DNA from: a virus
Lineage: Duplodnaviria; Heunggongvirae; Uroviricota; Caudoviricetes
Strand: one strand, 5' to 3'
IMG/VR virus record: IMGVR_UViG_3300042256_000013
Location: 128,001 to 192,000 of that record
Length of the DNA stretch: 64,000 nt
The notes below the pieces were generated by a model that had not been told where the DNA came from, did no database searches, and worked only from the letters and a program-made list of their open reading frames with translations. Every line of letters starts with the position of its first letter. The stretch's first letter is position 1. Position numbers and translations under genes: made by a program. Positions 17,481-30,602 of the stretch are shown here, piece after piece.

Positions 17481-19850
17481 TTATTGAAATAGATTGGGCA
17501 CTTTTAAGGTAGCCGTAAAGTTTTCACGCTCGTAACGAGCATTATCTTGAACATAATAACTGAATTCAACACCAGTAACTTCAAACTCATAATTCAACAA
17601 CGCACCATGTTCATTATTTTGAATCAATGTATTGAAGAATGTCTCGCCTTGTCCTGGCTGTAAGTACGCAACCACAATTCCAGGGAAATATTCAGCTTTT
17701 ATATTATCTTCTATATATGGATGATTCATAAATCGAGGTACAGTGTCAATCATTTCATTTGATAATCCATTGATTGCATCAACTACAATTCCACGGTTAT
17801 TTAGATCAGTTGGGTCTGTTAATAAGTTAACAGTATCTTCACCAAGAACCAGATATACGTTTTGACGTAAACCATAAATTTCTGAAATGATAGAATTACT
17901 ATAATCAGTATATACCAGAGGATTCAAATTTAAACTAATTTGTGTTCCTTCAGGATGCACTTCTCTGTATAGTACATCATACAGTACATTTCCTGCGTTG
18001 TCAAGGGCAGATCTCACTTTGTAGTTACCAATCACTAAACGAAATGAACCGTCTGGAGTTGGAGCACCACTTGTGGTATTCACAATACCATTGCGAACAT
18101 TAATAACAGTTTGTTTAATACCTGGCCAATTTTTAGTTGTATCAACATAATTTTCTTTAAGAAGAATACGAGGTATTTTTCTAACACCGTAGCGGGGGTC
18201 TGACGCCCTATAATATGGGGCTTGACTAAATGCTGTAGTACTAATAGTATTGAACCAAGTTCTTTCCATCGTTAATGATGGTTGTATATCAGCAGTAATA
18301 TAGTTCTGTCCAAATCCACGAACAATTGTTATATTGAATCGTTTTGTTAAAGATTTACCATTTTTACCAGTAGCTACTACATCGAATTCTAACTTAATAT
18401 CATCATTCGCTGAAAAATCAGTACTTAATGCATATGCAGTACCAGTCATAAAACCATCAGCACTTAAATCTAATCCAAATTTACGAATATCATTAGGTGA
18501 TGTGCTTTCATCAATTTCATACGTTACTAAATCAGAACCACTGGCTACAATTTTAGGATATACTGTATGACCAAAGTATTCACCAACGTGAATAGTTCCT
18601 AAATTAGAATCAGTTTCAAATGAAATATCAGTACCGGTATTGTCATTAAGGATTATACGAAAAATTCTGGTGTTATTGATTATTCCTGAACCAAGAGATT
18701 CATTATATACCCCCAAGTCGTACCAGTTATTTGCATCATATTCAATAACCGTGTTTCCTTGATAAGAACCCTCACTTACAACATATGGATATATTGTAGT
18801 ATCTTTTAGTTGATACAAATGAGTACTTATTGGTTCATCATGGAAATTGGAAGTATCTGATGGTGCAATCCAAGTTTGGTATGCACGGAATCGTTTACCA
18901 GCATAATAAGCATCTGCTTCAGTACTGTAATAACGTTTTACTGAAACTACTCGAATTTTTATATAAGCATCAATTGGGTCTGAATCATATAACATAGTCT
19001 GAATAATCTGACCATTATTTCCATTAAATTTTAACCCACTATTAACTAAATTACCGGTACTATCTTTTACGAGTAAAGGAATTTCTTCAATTAACCCTGA
19101 ACTTAAATCTGGAACTAAAATTGTTCCTGAACCAGTAATATTAGTACTTGGTTTTTCTGAATCAAGAATAGTTAGTACTTCATACGCTGGCATGAATACA
19201 TTGGTTATGTTGTTTATTGTTTGACTTCTTCCGAATGCTTGAACGAACAATCTGCTTTCGGCACCATATCCTACACCACCAATCGTATAAAGATTAGATC
19301 CGTGTGTGGTCAATCCAGGTGTTACCCATACTTCATTTGTGGTGTTATAATTCAAAATACTTGAAGTTGTTCCGAGAACACCACTCGGTACAGTATTTGC
19401 AATTTGACCATCAAGTAATGTTATCACATTGATGCTGTCAATATTGAATGTTAATGATTCTGGGCCATCCCAAATTCCATCTTGTGGACATTCTATCTTA
19501 AAGTAATAAGCATCAATGTAAGAAACTGAACTTAAATCATATGATTTAGTATCGAATTTTACAATGTGTATACCTTGAGTAGTGGTTGAACCAGTTCCTG
19601 CGTTGCCAATTGGAACTAATGAAGAAGTACTTTCTCCTACTGTAACTATAAAATCACGTTCTTCTAAAGTCTCTCCTGCACCAACAATGTTATAAGTAAA
19701 TTCCAAGTACTGGTCATCAGTTAAAACATATGTATCATCGGCAGAAGTAGGTTGATTTTTCTGTAGACGTAATCTAAAATAAGTAGTTTGTCCTTCTTGA
19801 ATTGTATTGGTGTCAGCGATCAAATCCCATTGGGGTTCGAAGTTTGCCAT
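17481..19850 (-). CDS. virion structural protein (baseplate/tail-like, beta-rich)
   Basis: ~790 aa, T/N/S/G-rich with an Ig/cadherin-like segment (GLDLSADGFMTGT); TAAATA at 19883-19888. Confidence 0.6.
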   Translation of the reverse strand: MANFEPQWDLIADTNTIQEGQTTYFRLRLQKNQPTSADDTYVLTDDQYLEFTYNIVGAGETLEERDFIVTVGESTSSLVPIGNAGTGSTTTQGIHIVKFDTKSYDLSSVSYIDAYYFKIECPQDGIWDGPESLTFNIDSINVITLLDGQIANTVPSGVLGTTSSILNYNTTNEVWVTPGLTTHGSNLYTIGGVGYGAESRLFVQAFGRSQTINNITNVFMPAYEVLTILDSEKPSTNITGSGTILVPDLSSGLIEEIPLLVKDSTGNLVNSGLKFNGNNGQIIQTMLYDSDPIDAYIKIRVVSVKRYYSTEADAYYAGKRFRAYQTWIAPSDTSNFHDEPISTHLYQLKDTTIYPYVVSEGSYQGNTVIEYDANNWYDLGVYNESLGSGIINNTRIFRIILNDNTGTDISFETDSNLGTIHVGEYFGHTVYPKIVASGSDLVTYEIDESTSPNDIRKFGLDLSADGFMTGTAYALSTDFSANDDIKLEFDVVATGKNGKSLTKRFNITIVRGFGQNYITADIQPSLTMERTWFNTISTTAFSQAPYYRASDPRYGVRKIPRILLKENYVDTTKNWPGIKQTVINVRNGIVNTTSGAPTPDGSFRLVIGNYKVRSALDNAGNVLYDVLYREVHPEGTQISLNLNPLVYTDYSNSIISEIYGLRQNVYLVLGEDTVNLLTDPTDLNNRGIVVDAINGLSNEMIDTVPRFMNHPYIEDNIKAEYFPGIVVAYLQPGQGETFFNTLIQNNEHGALLNYEFEVTGVEFSYYVQDNARYERENFTATLKVPNLFQ

Positions 19851-19909
19851 ATCTAATCTCCAAAACATAAAAAGCTTTGTCGTATTTATTCAATGGCCTT
19901 AATTAAAAA

Positions 19910-19932
19910 TAAAGGACGCCTAAGCGTCCTTA
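19910..19932 (-). terminator. intrinsic terminator
   Basis: AAGGACGC-ctaa-GCGTCCTT; near-identical copy at ~56504-56524. Confidence 0.75.
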
Positions 19933-19935
19933 AAA

Positions 19936-21351
19936 TTATTCATCATCATCGTTATAGACGATATTCATATTAAGAAGTTCTACAAGTTCTTCTTCGTAGA
20001 TTTTCCAAATCTTATCATGATTCTGTAGCAGATCGTTGTATTCATCCATCTTAGCTAAAGCATCTTCAATTTCTTGATTTACCTTAACGTAGTTTTCTTT
20101 CGTCCAACGATACGCTGCGAAATTCACGATGTTCTGTATATTATCATCTGATGCTTCAATTTCACCATTCAGGGATGTCACAAAATCAACAACTTCAGCA
20201 CGGTTTTCAAATTCTTTAATCTTAACAGTCATGTCATTATCAAAGCATTCTTTAACCAGAATCTTGTAACGCACTTCTGCGTCTGCATCTGCTAGTAGTT
20301 TTTCATAACGTTTAATGTAGTACTTGAATCGGAACTGAACGAAGTCCTGGATTATTTCTTGAACATTGCCATAACTTTTAACTTTTCCGTTTTCACCTAA
20401 AACATTAAGGGTATGTGCCAATTTTGTTGAAACGTCAAAATATTGAAGCACATCCATTTCTGTCCATGTAGTACTAAGACCACGTGGAAGTTTTATGGTA
20501 ATATCAACCTTACCTGAACTGTTATCATCGTAACTACGGATTTTACCAGAATCTTCCATTGCAATCAAGTCCTCAACGAACTTTTCAAGTTTCATACGTG
20601 GAGCTAACCCCGTAATACGAACAGTACTTGCATCGATTACTTGAGCTTTTCCAAAGAAAGTATATTTACCTTCTCCACGATCTTCAACAAAATCATTCGC
20701 ACCATAGCTTGCATAGTACGGCATCATTTCTAAAAGTTCTTCACCACGGATAGCACGGAGAGTGTTCTCAATGATTTCGTTCATACGATATGGGAAGATA
20801 AAACTTTTATACGCGGTTGCAGTACCATCAACACCAAGTAGTGCTAAGGGGATAATTGGTAAGAAGAACTTAGGTTCCATTGTAGTACCGTCATAGTTTT
20901 CTTGCATCGGTACAACATCCATATCACGAAGTACCAAGGCTTCGGTGATTTTTGTTTTCTTCACATAGGTATAACGAGGGCTTGCTGGTTCAGGGTTAAC
21001 CTGAGTACCGAAACCTCCACGCTTACCAATAAGCGGATAGTTATTCACAACTGGACTTGCAAGGTTCTGTAATGTACCGCTTGCCGACGCATCACCATGA
21101 AGGTAGATACCATCACTGATCATACGACCAGCACAAGATACAGTTTTGATTTCACCACTTACTTTACTCAAAGTGAAGATAGCTTTACGCTGTGAGTTTT
21201 TGAAACCATCAATCCCAGGGAGAGCACGATCAAAAGTACTCAAAGCATATTCTAGGGATGATTGATTGATATAATCTGAGCTACCATAGCCTAACAGAGT
21301 TAGTGCATTAGGTACAATCTCAGCTTGGGTTTTCTTTGTTGATTTACGCAT
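19936..21351 (-). CDS. 52: type IIA topoisomerase, GyrA/ParC-like subunit (T4 gp52)
   Basis: RALPGIDGFK.SQRK, Y.HGDAS, G.FG, catalytic ASPRYT, NYDG...EP. Confidence 0.92.
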   Translation of the reverse strand: MRKSTKKTQAEIVPNALTLLGYGSSDYINQSSLEYALSTFDRALPGIDGFKNSQRKAIFTLSKVSGEIKTVSCAGRMISDGIYLHGDASASGTLQNLASPVVNNYPLIGKRGGFGTQVNPEPASPRYTYVKKTKITEALVLRDMDVVPMQENYDGTTMEPKFFLPIIPLALLGVDGTATAYKSFIFPYRMNEIIENTLRAIRGEELLEMMPYYASYGANDFVEDRGEGKYTFFGKAQVIDASTVRITGLAPRMKLEKFVEDLIAMEDSGKIRSYDDNSSGKVDITIKLPRGLSTTWTEMDVLQYFDVSTKLAHTLNVLGENGKVKSYGNVQEIIQDFVQFRFKYYIKRYEKLLADADAEVRYKILVKECFDNDMTVKIKEFENRAEVVDFVTSLNGEIEASDDNIQNIVNFAAYRWTKENYVKVNQEIEDALAKMDEYNDLLQNHDKIWKIYEEELVELLNMNIVYNDDDE

Positions 21352-21400
21352 TTCCTTTGCCTCTTTGCTAATAAGGGGAACTCCTGTTCCCCACTAATAA

Positions 21401-23392
21401 TTATGCTGCTTCGTCTAATTCACGAGTCCAATCTTTACGGTCATCAGCACGTTCTTTGTTGAAGATCAAATCTAGGGTTTCACCTAGTGAACCATCATCA
21501 GTAATCGCTACTGCTACACCATTAGATAACGCATCACGGAAGTTTGTTACTTCAAGAGTACCAAGACCTTTCGCACGTGTTGCTTTCCATCCTTTCCATT
21601 CTTCAGGATTATATTCATGGACGTTATGACCATAGAAGTACTTCGATTCTTTACCTTTCTCAAGGATAATAAACGGAGTTTTGAAGATATAGATGAATGG
21701 GTCTTCTGGATCAGAGAATAACTCAGGCCAGAATTTATAGAAGAAGTTCACCACAAGAGCACCGATGTTCTTACCATCTTCATCTTCGTCAGCACAAATG
21801 TATAACTTTCCGAAGTTCATATTCGCACGAACGGCACGTTCACCTGGTATGAGATTTAGTGATGCCATAATATCATGTATAGCTGATGGTTTATCAGCAG
21901 TACCCATTAGGTCTTTTGTCTTCTCTTTACCGTTTACGTTCTGGATTTTACCACGTAGTGGAAGAATACCATGAATTTCAGAGTTCCTTGCAGCAGTCAT
22001 TGAAGATACTGCGGAATCACCTTCTGCGATAAGTAAAATACATTTAGAACGGTCAGTACCGTTAGCATCACGTAATTTAGCAACTTTACCTTTCAGTAAA
22101 CGTTTTGCCATTTTACGATCTTCATCAGCATCTTTCTTGTTTGTACGTTCAGCACAACGTTCATAAATTTCTTCAACCCAATCGTTATTTTTCTTAACGA
22201 GTTCTGCGAAGAATTCTTCAGTCATTGCATTCTGTACTGGTTTAATTACATTTTCATTAGTTAGCTTCGTTTTGATCTGAGAGTTGAATGTTGGAGTATT
22301 CATCTTAGTGACGTTATAAATCAACAAACCTTCTTCAATATCAGAACGGTTAGGGGTCATTTTCTTTTGCTTAGATTTACGTTCTAGGGCTTTGATAACT
22401 CCTAGTGCGAACTTCTGTTGGAAGGTATCTAAGTGAGTACCACCTTCGAGGGAAGGAGCGTTGTTAACAAGACCTTGCATATGTAGGTTCTTGCTAAGAC
22501 CATCAACTACACCAGGAACAATATAGAAAGTACTGTCAAAGCCAGTAGCTCCGTCTTCAACTTTCAATGTCATAGTGTTTTTATTTGCAGAGAATAGACC
22601 TTTCTTAGCAACAACAATACGCTCACCATTTAAGAAAATCTTATATGATGGGTTTGCTGCTGCAATTTCTTTTAAGATACTAAACACGAGTTCAAGTGGT
22701 AAAGTATGTACTTTAAACACTTCTTTACTGATTTTGAATCGTACTGTAGTTCCAGTTTTCTCTGCTTGTACTTTACGAATACTTGGTTCATTAATTCCAA
22801 GTTCAGGAAACATCGCTGTACCCTCAGTGAACTTCTGAGTGAATTTATATGTACCATCATATTCAGAGTTAGCTTTATCGGTTTTGTAAGGTTTACCTGC
22901 ACGGTGAATTTCGAGTTCAGCTTTCTCAGATACGATCATAACTACAGAACCGCCTAAGCCATTCATACCGATAACATTAGTACGTTCGTCATCGTTAAAG
23001 TTACGTCCAGTTTTCATTTCGGTTAGAACCATAGTACAGACATGTTTCTGCGTTTCTGGTACATAATCGATTGGAATACCACGACCGTTGTCGCTAATTT
23101 CGAATTCTAAATCATCTTGATTATACTGGACTTTTAGTACTGGATCTTTAGTACCAGCTTTAACGAATTCATCCAGTGAGTTATCCACGATTTCGCGGAA
23201 AGATGTTAGTAGGGCAGGAACCCAACCTAAGTTTTGCACGTTGAACCCTTCTTCTCCAAAAAGAAGTACAGGTTGCTCATGTTCTGATTTCGAACCCAAA
23301 TACATTTCAGTACGGATACGAGCATGTTGGTATTCAGTTAATTGCTGGACACCATGTTCAGCGAGAACAGAACTTTTCTTTTCCTTTGCCAT
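21401..23392 (-). CDS. 39: type IIA topoisomerase, GyrB-like subunit (gp39+gp60 in one ORF)
   Basis: EIVDNS.DE, DNGRGIP, GMNGLG, AEGDSA, PLRGKI.N, D.D.DG.NI, KGLG. Confidence 0.92.
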   Translation of the reverse strand: MAKEKKSSVLAEHGVQQLTEYQHARIRTEMYLGSKSEHEQPVLLFGEEGFNVQNLGWVPALLTSFREIVDNSLDEFVKAGTKDPVLKVQYNQDDLEFEISDNGRGIPIDYVPETQKHVCTMVLTEMKTGRNFNDDERTNVIGMNGLGGSVVMIVSEKAELEIHRAGKPYKTDKANSEYDGTYKFTQKFTEGTAMFPELGINEPSIRKVQAEKTGTTVRFKISKEVFKVHTLPLELVFSILKEIAAANPSYKIFLNGERIVVAKKGLFSANKNTMTLKVEDGATGFDSTFYIVPGVVDGLSKNLHMQGLVNNAPSLEGGTHLDTFQQKFALGVIKALERKSKQKKMTPNRSDIEEGLLIYNVTKMNTPTFNSQIKTKLTNENVIKPVQNAMTEEFFAELVKKNNDWVEEIYERCAERTNKKDADEDRKMAKRLLKGKVAKLRDANGTDRSKCILLIAEGDSAVSSMTAARNSEIHGILPLRGKIQNVNGKEKTKDLMGTADKPSAIHDIMASLNLIPGERAVRANMNFGKLYICADEDEDGKNIGALVVNFFYKFWPELFSDPEDPFIYIFKTPFIILEKGKESKYFYGHNVHEYNPEEWKGWKATRAKGLGTLEVTNFRDALSNGVAVAITDDGSLGETLDLIFNKERADDRKDWTRELDEAA

Positions 23393-23425
23393 TTTTCAAA
23401 TTCCTTTTTGTTTCTTAGCCATTGC

Positions 23426-23454
23426 ATTATAGCACAAATTGTTTCTTTGTTCCA
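23426..23454 (-). promoter_or_regulatory. TGGAAC-N17-TATAAT promoter
   Basis: Upstream of the topoisomerase operon. Confidence 0.7.
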
Positions 23455-23488
23455 AAAAAATAACGACGCATCTCTGCGTCGTCAGTAT

Positions 23489-23860
23489 TTATAGTAGAAC
23501 CAATATAGCGATTATCGCGTAGTGTGTCAAGTGGTGAGCCATTTGGTCAATACCTAAGTACCACCAAAATTCTGGCTTACTATAATCCGTACTACGAGAA
23601 GCTTCGACTTTGACTTTATCAACGATAAAGTGTATTCCAAAATCAAGTAGTGCAACTGCTATCATTATCTGAAAAGATACACCCATACATAATGCTATCA
23701 AGAACGTACCTACAAGGTGCGTAGCAGCATGTGCAGTGAGGGGTAGTTCCCATCCCTCAACTTTGAATTTTCCTAACATGTAACGACCTTGTAAGAAGTA
23801 ATCACATAATAGATGTTTAATTTGGTACACGAATAGTAAGATAAAAATCGTGGTTATCAT
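23489..23860 (-). CDS. DUF3307-like membrane protein
   Basis: KHLLCDYFLQ, H.IVD..K, GIDQMAH motifs with TM segments. Confidence 0.7.
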   Translation of the reverse strand: MITTIFILLFVYQIKHLLCDYFLQGRYMLGKFKVEGWELPLTAHAATHLVGTFLIALCMGVSFQIMIAVALLDFGIHFIVDKVKVEASRSTDYSKPEFWWYLGIDQMAHHLTHYAIIAILVLL

Positions 23861-23869
23861 ATTTTGCCT

Positions 23870-26421
23870 TTATTTGACTAGTAATAGTTGGAACTGCGAT
23901 TGTGGCGAACCTTCTTCATCACTCCAGTACTTATGGAACTTCTCTGGTGTTGCAGCTTGTAGTACTTCACAATTAGCTACCACATATACTTTATGTGATT
24001 GAATTAGTCTTTGCCAGAATTTAATGGCATCATCGGATTGTAGGCGTCCACTTAAAATTGGAGTACCTTCAACTTTAACAATATCCATGAACATTTGATA
24101 AACTACACCTTTAACCGAACGGCTAGAAGCTGTTACATCAACGTTAAACCATCCCTCATCCACATGACCTTTCACGGAAGCAATTGCTTCTCCAGTATCA
24201 TTGTCATATGCCATATATCCATCATGTCCACGGTACGTTGTCCACTCACCATGATCTTTAACTGGAGTCATATTTTTTGGGGTATTTGCTTGTGCTTCCT
24301 TGTCTACATACACTTGTGGGTCCATTCCCATAAATGAATCATATCTAAGTGGCATTTCTTCAAGTCTCTCAGTACTTGTTCCTGAATTGACTGGAGCAGA
24401 ACGTTGTCCAGGTTTAACTGGCTTACCTTGAAGATCATATTCTTGCTCATCTGAATCTTCATCAAGTAAACCTTTATTAATTAATTCTTGGTCATCAGCA
24501 TCTTCTATATCATGTTCTAGTTCAGCATTTTGAACAATGTCTGCTAGACCACGCATACTTGATTCTGCCATTGCTGCTTCACCACGTTCTTTCCGTTTTG
24601 CAGTACGTTCTACATAATAAGCAAGTGATTCATCAAAATCAGTAATTGATTCAGAATATAGTAGTGCTTTATTAATGTGCCGTGGTTCAACTTCTGGATT
24701 GTAATATGCGTCAAATACCTTATTGAATAATTCTTCGATTTCTTTTTCTGAACCGATGAAATTATTTTCACCATCATCAATATCAACCGTATACATTTTT
24801 CCTGACGTTTGGCAAACAATTTTTGCTTTTACATCTGCCATTAGAACAATGAAAAACCCTTCGTCTTGAATATAATCATCAAATTGAACTTTACGTGAAC
24901 TATCATGGTTTAAGAATCCTGAGTTCTCATTGATATTCTCAACTGCGAATAGCATACCTTCAAGGTTAGCATCAGGAGCATTTTCTTTTTCAACCATATC
25001 TTGTAGAGCATTAATTCCACGCATGTTACCAAGATAATTGACAGGTAATTTAGCCATTTGTTCTTTTGTAAAATCAATACGAAGTTTCTCACCACCATCA
25101 GGTTTAACAATAATGAAATAATCATCACGGTGTCCGTGACGGAATACTATATCATATGGTGTATATCCACCATCAACACGTAATGTGAATTGTTCTGGAT
25201 CATGGTTTTTGCTCAATCCATGAATCTTTGGTTGTTCACCAAATTCTTGCCATACTTTCAAATACAAATCACCCATTAAGCTATCACCAGGTGCTGGGTA
25301 TTCTTGATCACGTTCAAATTCATGACCATCATCAATATTCTTTTCAGTACTGTCAAATTCATGATTATCTTCAGCATGTAGTTCATTATCATAGAAGTTA
25401 CTAACTTCACGATAAATCAATTTCATTGCCTTATTAGCACGAGCATCTTCTTTGTACTTACGAAGTTCTTTTACTATATTCGCTTGTGGATATGATCTTA
25501 AAACATGTTGAATAGCTTTAGAAATATCTGCGTTCTTATTACCAGTTATTGAATCTGGATTTTCCTCAAGCCATTCATTAGCGAAATTAGCTAAATCTTT
25601 TACTTGTGGTCCAAATTCAATACCACCACGATAATACGCATCAGGGTCTTTTCCAGAAATATAATCAGGATGCTGATGGGCTTGTTGATCTTTTGGATTT
25701 AAATTTTTATTAACTACCTGTTGAATAGTATGTTGAAGTTCATGTTCAACTGTACCAATAGAATAATTAAGAGAATGAGCAACACCATCTATATTAGTAT
25801 TCTTAATATCTTGATAAGACGGAATACCTAAATCTAACTCATTTTGAGTTCCACGAACAGCACTGCTGCCACCTTTATGAAGGAACTGATTACTCATTTT
25901 CATCTTGATTGTAAGATTATTAATTAGTTCTTTGGTGCGTGGATTCTTTTTCAAATTTTCAGGTAATGAATTATAAATTTCATCAGGATCAATATTCAAA
26001 TGAGTACTGCTATTGATGTATTTCTTCAAATCATCAGGTGCTAGTACTGAAGCACCGTACTTACGTTGGAATCTACGTAAGAAATTCATTAGTGCTTCAG
26101 CAGCTTCAGTTTTATGTTGATTAACAAGTTCATGTTGTTTCATCACACCCATAGTTAGAAGTACTGAGCCAACATATTTTTGAACTTGTTTCAGTAGTGT
26201 TTGTGGTACTTTAATAATACCAACACCACTTGCTTCATCAAGTTCAACTTCTTCTGATACATGAGATGGAAGATCAGAACCTTTCTTAAGATTCCCATCC
26301 TTCTCGTCAGCTTTATTAAAATCGTGAGCAACACTTTGGTCGATACCTGCGTCTCTAGTAATATCTGGATTGTGAGCAGCGGCAGCCATTAAATGTGCCT
26401 GAGCTTTGCTTTTACTTGGCA

Positions 26422-26422
<1 letters not shown>
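23870..26422 (-). CDS. multidomain late protein: DUF3008-like leader, HExxH zincin-like domain, C-terminal GNAT-like domain
   Basis: MPSKSKAQAHLMAAAAH leader; EHELQH; YY..GIE..PQ; C-terminal SGRLQSDDAIKFWQRL. Confidence 0.55.
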
Positions 26423-28584
<2,162 letters not shown>

Positions 28585-28601
28585 CTAATTAAGTACAAAT
28601 A

Positions 28602-29135
28602 TTAAATATCGCCTGGGAAATCACGACGAATAAGACGCTCAAGTACTTCTAAGCTATCCATGCTGTTCGTATTGAACGTTTCAACAATATCAGTTGATAG
28701 TTCTTCGCCCATCTGTTCGTTGATGGTTTCTACCATACATGAGAAGGTATGAGCAAGTTCATAAGTATAAGTTCCTACAACGCATAAACCGTTATAGTTC
28801 ACCAGTTCTGTAAGTTCAGTTGCTTCTTCGAAGGTTTTACGGAACAAATCACCAATGACTTGTGTCATAAAATCTTGTGAAGTTTTTGGATTATAAAGGA
28901 AAACCAAATTGTACTGAGGAACAGCCAATTGATTATTTTTCGGATGGTCACGCAAAAACGCGTCTAACCCATGTTTGATTGCCTCAATTTCATCAATTGC
29001 AAAAGATGATTTAACGAGACTGACGTAATCAGTAATGTCGCTGTCGCCAGCAATGTAGTATACTGAATCTTTATAAGAAGCCTTAACCACATCCATAGAA
29101 GGTAGGGAAAATACTTCACGCACGATATGTTTCAT
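28602..29135 (-). CDS. hypothetical protein
   Basis: 177 aa, GGAG RBS. Confidence 0.75.
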   Translation of the reverse strand: MKHIVREVFSLPSMDVVKASYKDSVYYIAGDSDITDYVSLVKSSFAIDEIEAIKHGLDAFLRDHPKNNQLAVPQYNLVFLYNPKTSQDFMTQVIGDLFRKTFEEATELTELVNYNGLCVVGTYTYELAHTFSCMVETINEQMGEELSTDIVETFNTNSMDSLEVLERLIRRDFPGDI

Positions 29136-29193
29136 AATAATACTCCAGATGTGTGTTAGGGGGTGCTTTTTGTATTTAGCACCCTTACTGTAC

Positions 29194-29700
29194 TTACTTC
29201 GATTTTACTGTACAGGTAACATTGTTCCCTTGTACTGCAATTTGTTGGACGAAATCAGATTCCTGGATACGAGCTACGAATTGGTTCATCTTTGCGATGT
29301 TCGCAGTTACCATATCAGGATTAGATTTAGCACGACCTGTCATTTTCATGACTACTCGTACATGTTTACCTTCCTGGATAAATTTTTGAGCAGATTTCAA
29401 TTTAGTCTGGAGATCATTCTCCTGAGTACTGAAAGCGAACTGTACTTCTTTAACCTGAACGGAAGTTTCACGCTGTTTCTTCTTATTATTTTTATCAGCT
29501 TGTTTTTGCTCATACAAGTACTTGTTCAAGTCCATAACTTTTACTACAGGAATGTCTTGATCAGATACTTGAATAAGATCCATTTCTTTACTGTAAGCAA
29601 GATTACGTGCTTCAGCAATTGCCATTACTTTACTCGAATCTCCTTGTACAACACGAACATTCTTCGCAGTAATTTTTTCGTTGGCAATAACAGATTTCAT
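29194..29700 (-). CDS. infC: translation initiation factor IF-3
   Basis: NEKI.AKNVRVV, A.NLA....DL..V, PVVKVMD..KY.YEQ, VKEVQF, DL..K...A.KF...G..V; ATG start with GGAG upstream. Confidence 0.9.
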   Translation of the reverse strand: MKSVIANEKITAKNVRVVQGDSSKVMAIAEARNLAYSKEMDLIQVSDQDIPVVKVMDLNKYLYEQKQADKNNKKKQRETSVQVKEVQFAFSTQENDLQTKLKSAQKFIQEGKHVRVVMKMTGRAKSNPDMVTANIAKMNQFVARIQESDFVQQIAVQGNNVTCTVKSK

Positions 29701-29740
29701 ATAGGATTTGTAACTCCGTGGGATTTTGTTTACGTAGGAG

Positions 29741-29769
29741 ATGGTATCATTTTGAAACCATCCCGTCAA
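29741..29769 (-). promoter_or_regulatory. sigma70 promoter TTGACG-N17-TACCAT for infC
   Basis: Read directly; argues against the upstream TTG start in the ORF track. Confidence 0.55.
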
Positions 29770-29774
29770 GCGGC

Positions 29775-29969
29775 TTATCGCTTAGTTTCGGCGTCTTTCA
29801 TCGCCTTGCATATTTCTTGAACAAATTTCAAGTTAGCGATAGCTGTATCAGCAACGCTACGTGTACGTGGGTACGGTGCTTCCTGAGACATTTTCTCAAG
29901 ATCAAAAATAATTTGGTCGAACGCACCTACATCTTCAAGAATGCGATCATAAAAGGATTTGCTATCCAT
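29775..29969 (-). CDS. small hypothetical protein
   Basis: 64 aa, GGAG RBS. Confidence 0.7.
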   Translation of the reverse strand: MDSKSFYDRILEDVGAFDQIIFDLEKMSQEAPYPRTRSVADTAIANLKFVQEICKAMKDAETKR

Positions 29970-29994
29970 GTCAACTCCATGTTGTGTTTTGTTT

Positions 29995-30546
29995 TTATAA
30001 AGCAGCTAAAGTAATGTATGCTACTACAGCAGTTACACCAGCAGCTTCGACAGTTAAATAAACAGTTTCTAATTCACGATAAGTTTCAGTGTTAGTGGAA
30101 CCTGGGAATTGTACACGTTCATAAGTTTTTTGTACAGCTAAAAATTCATCTTCAATAACTTCTGATAAAGCATTGTTGATGATTTCTCTTAGTACTTCAG
30201 CAGCAGCGAGTTTGCGTTGGTCATCAGTCAAAATGGAACCTGGGTCTTCTTGACTCAAGAAAGGCTCAATAGTGGTGTATCCAACTACAATATCCGCAGA
30301 TTCTGGAATAGTACTAGCAGTACCTTCAGTTCCAAAAGTAATAGTCAAGAATACAGGTACTGTTAGTTCTGATAATTTACGTTTAAGGTGTTTTAAGCGA
30401 ATGAACGCTTTAGCTTTAGCAATAGTTTCGGCATCGGTCGGAACTGTTGTACTTGTGTTATCATAATCAGCATACTCATAGAACATTTTGTCGTCTAAAA
30501 CGTCAGATGAAACTGAGATACTGAAAGCATGAAATAAATTGTTCAT
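29995..30546 (-). CDS. hypothetical late protein
   Basis: 183 aa; RBS inside a hairpin with TAAATA at 30575-30580. Confidence 0.75.
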   Translation of the reverse strand: MNNLFHAFSISVSSDVLDDKMFYEYADYDNTSTTVPTDAETIAKAKAFIRLKHLKRKLSELTVPVFLTITFGTEGTASTIPESADIVVGYTTIEPFLSQEDPGSILTDDQRKLAAAEVLREIINNALSEVIEDEFLAVQKTYERVQFPGSTNTETYRELETVYLTVEAAGVTAVVAYITLAAL

Positions 30547-30550
30547 AGTA

Positions 30551-30590
30551 TTTTCTCCATAAAGAACTTTCTATTATTTATGGAGGAAAA
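30551..30590 (-). promoter_or_regulatory. late promoter within RBS-sequestering hairpin
   Basis: CTCCATAAA 30555-30563 pairs with TTTATGGAG 30577-30585; TAAATA 30575-30580. Confidence 0.6.
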
Positions 30591-30602
30591 ATGATTTTAT
30601 TC

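Noticed and set aside
21401-23392. T4 gene 60-type translational bypass
   Set aside because: ATPase and TOPRIM domains are in one continuous ORF
29149-29820. 223-aa plus-strand ORF
   Set aside because: Antisense shadow of infC; F/L/Y-rich, no RBS
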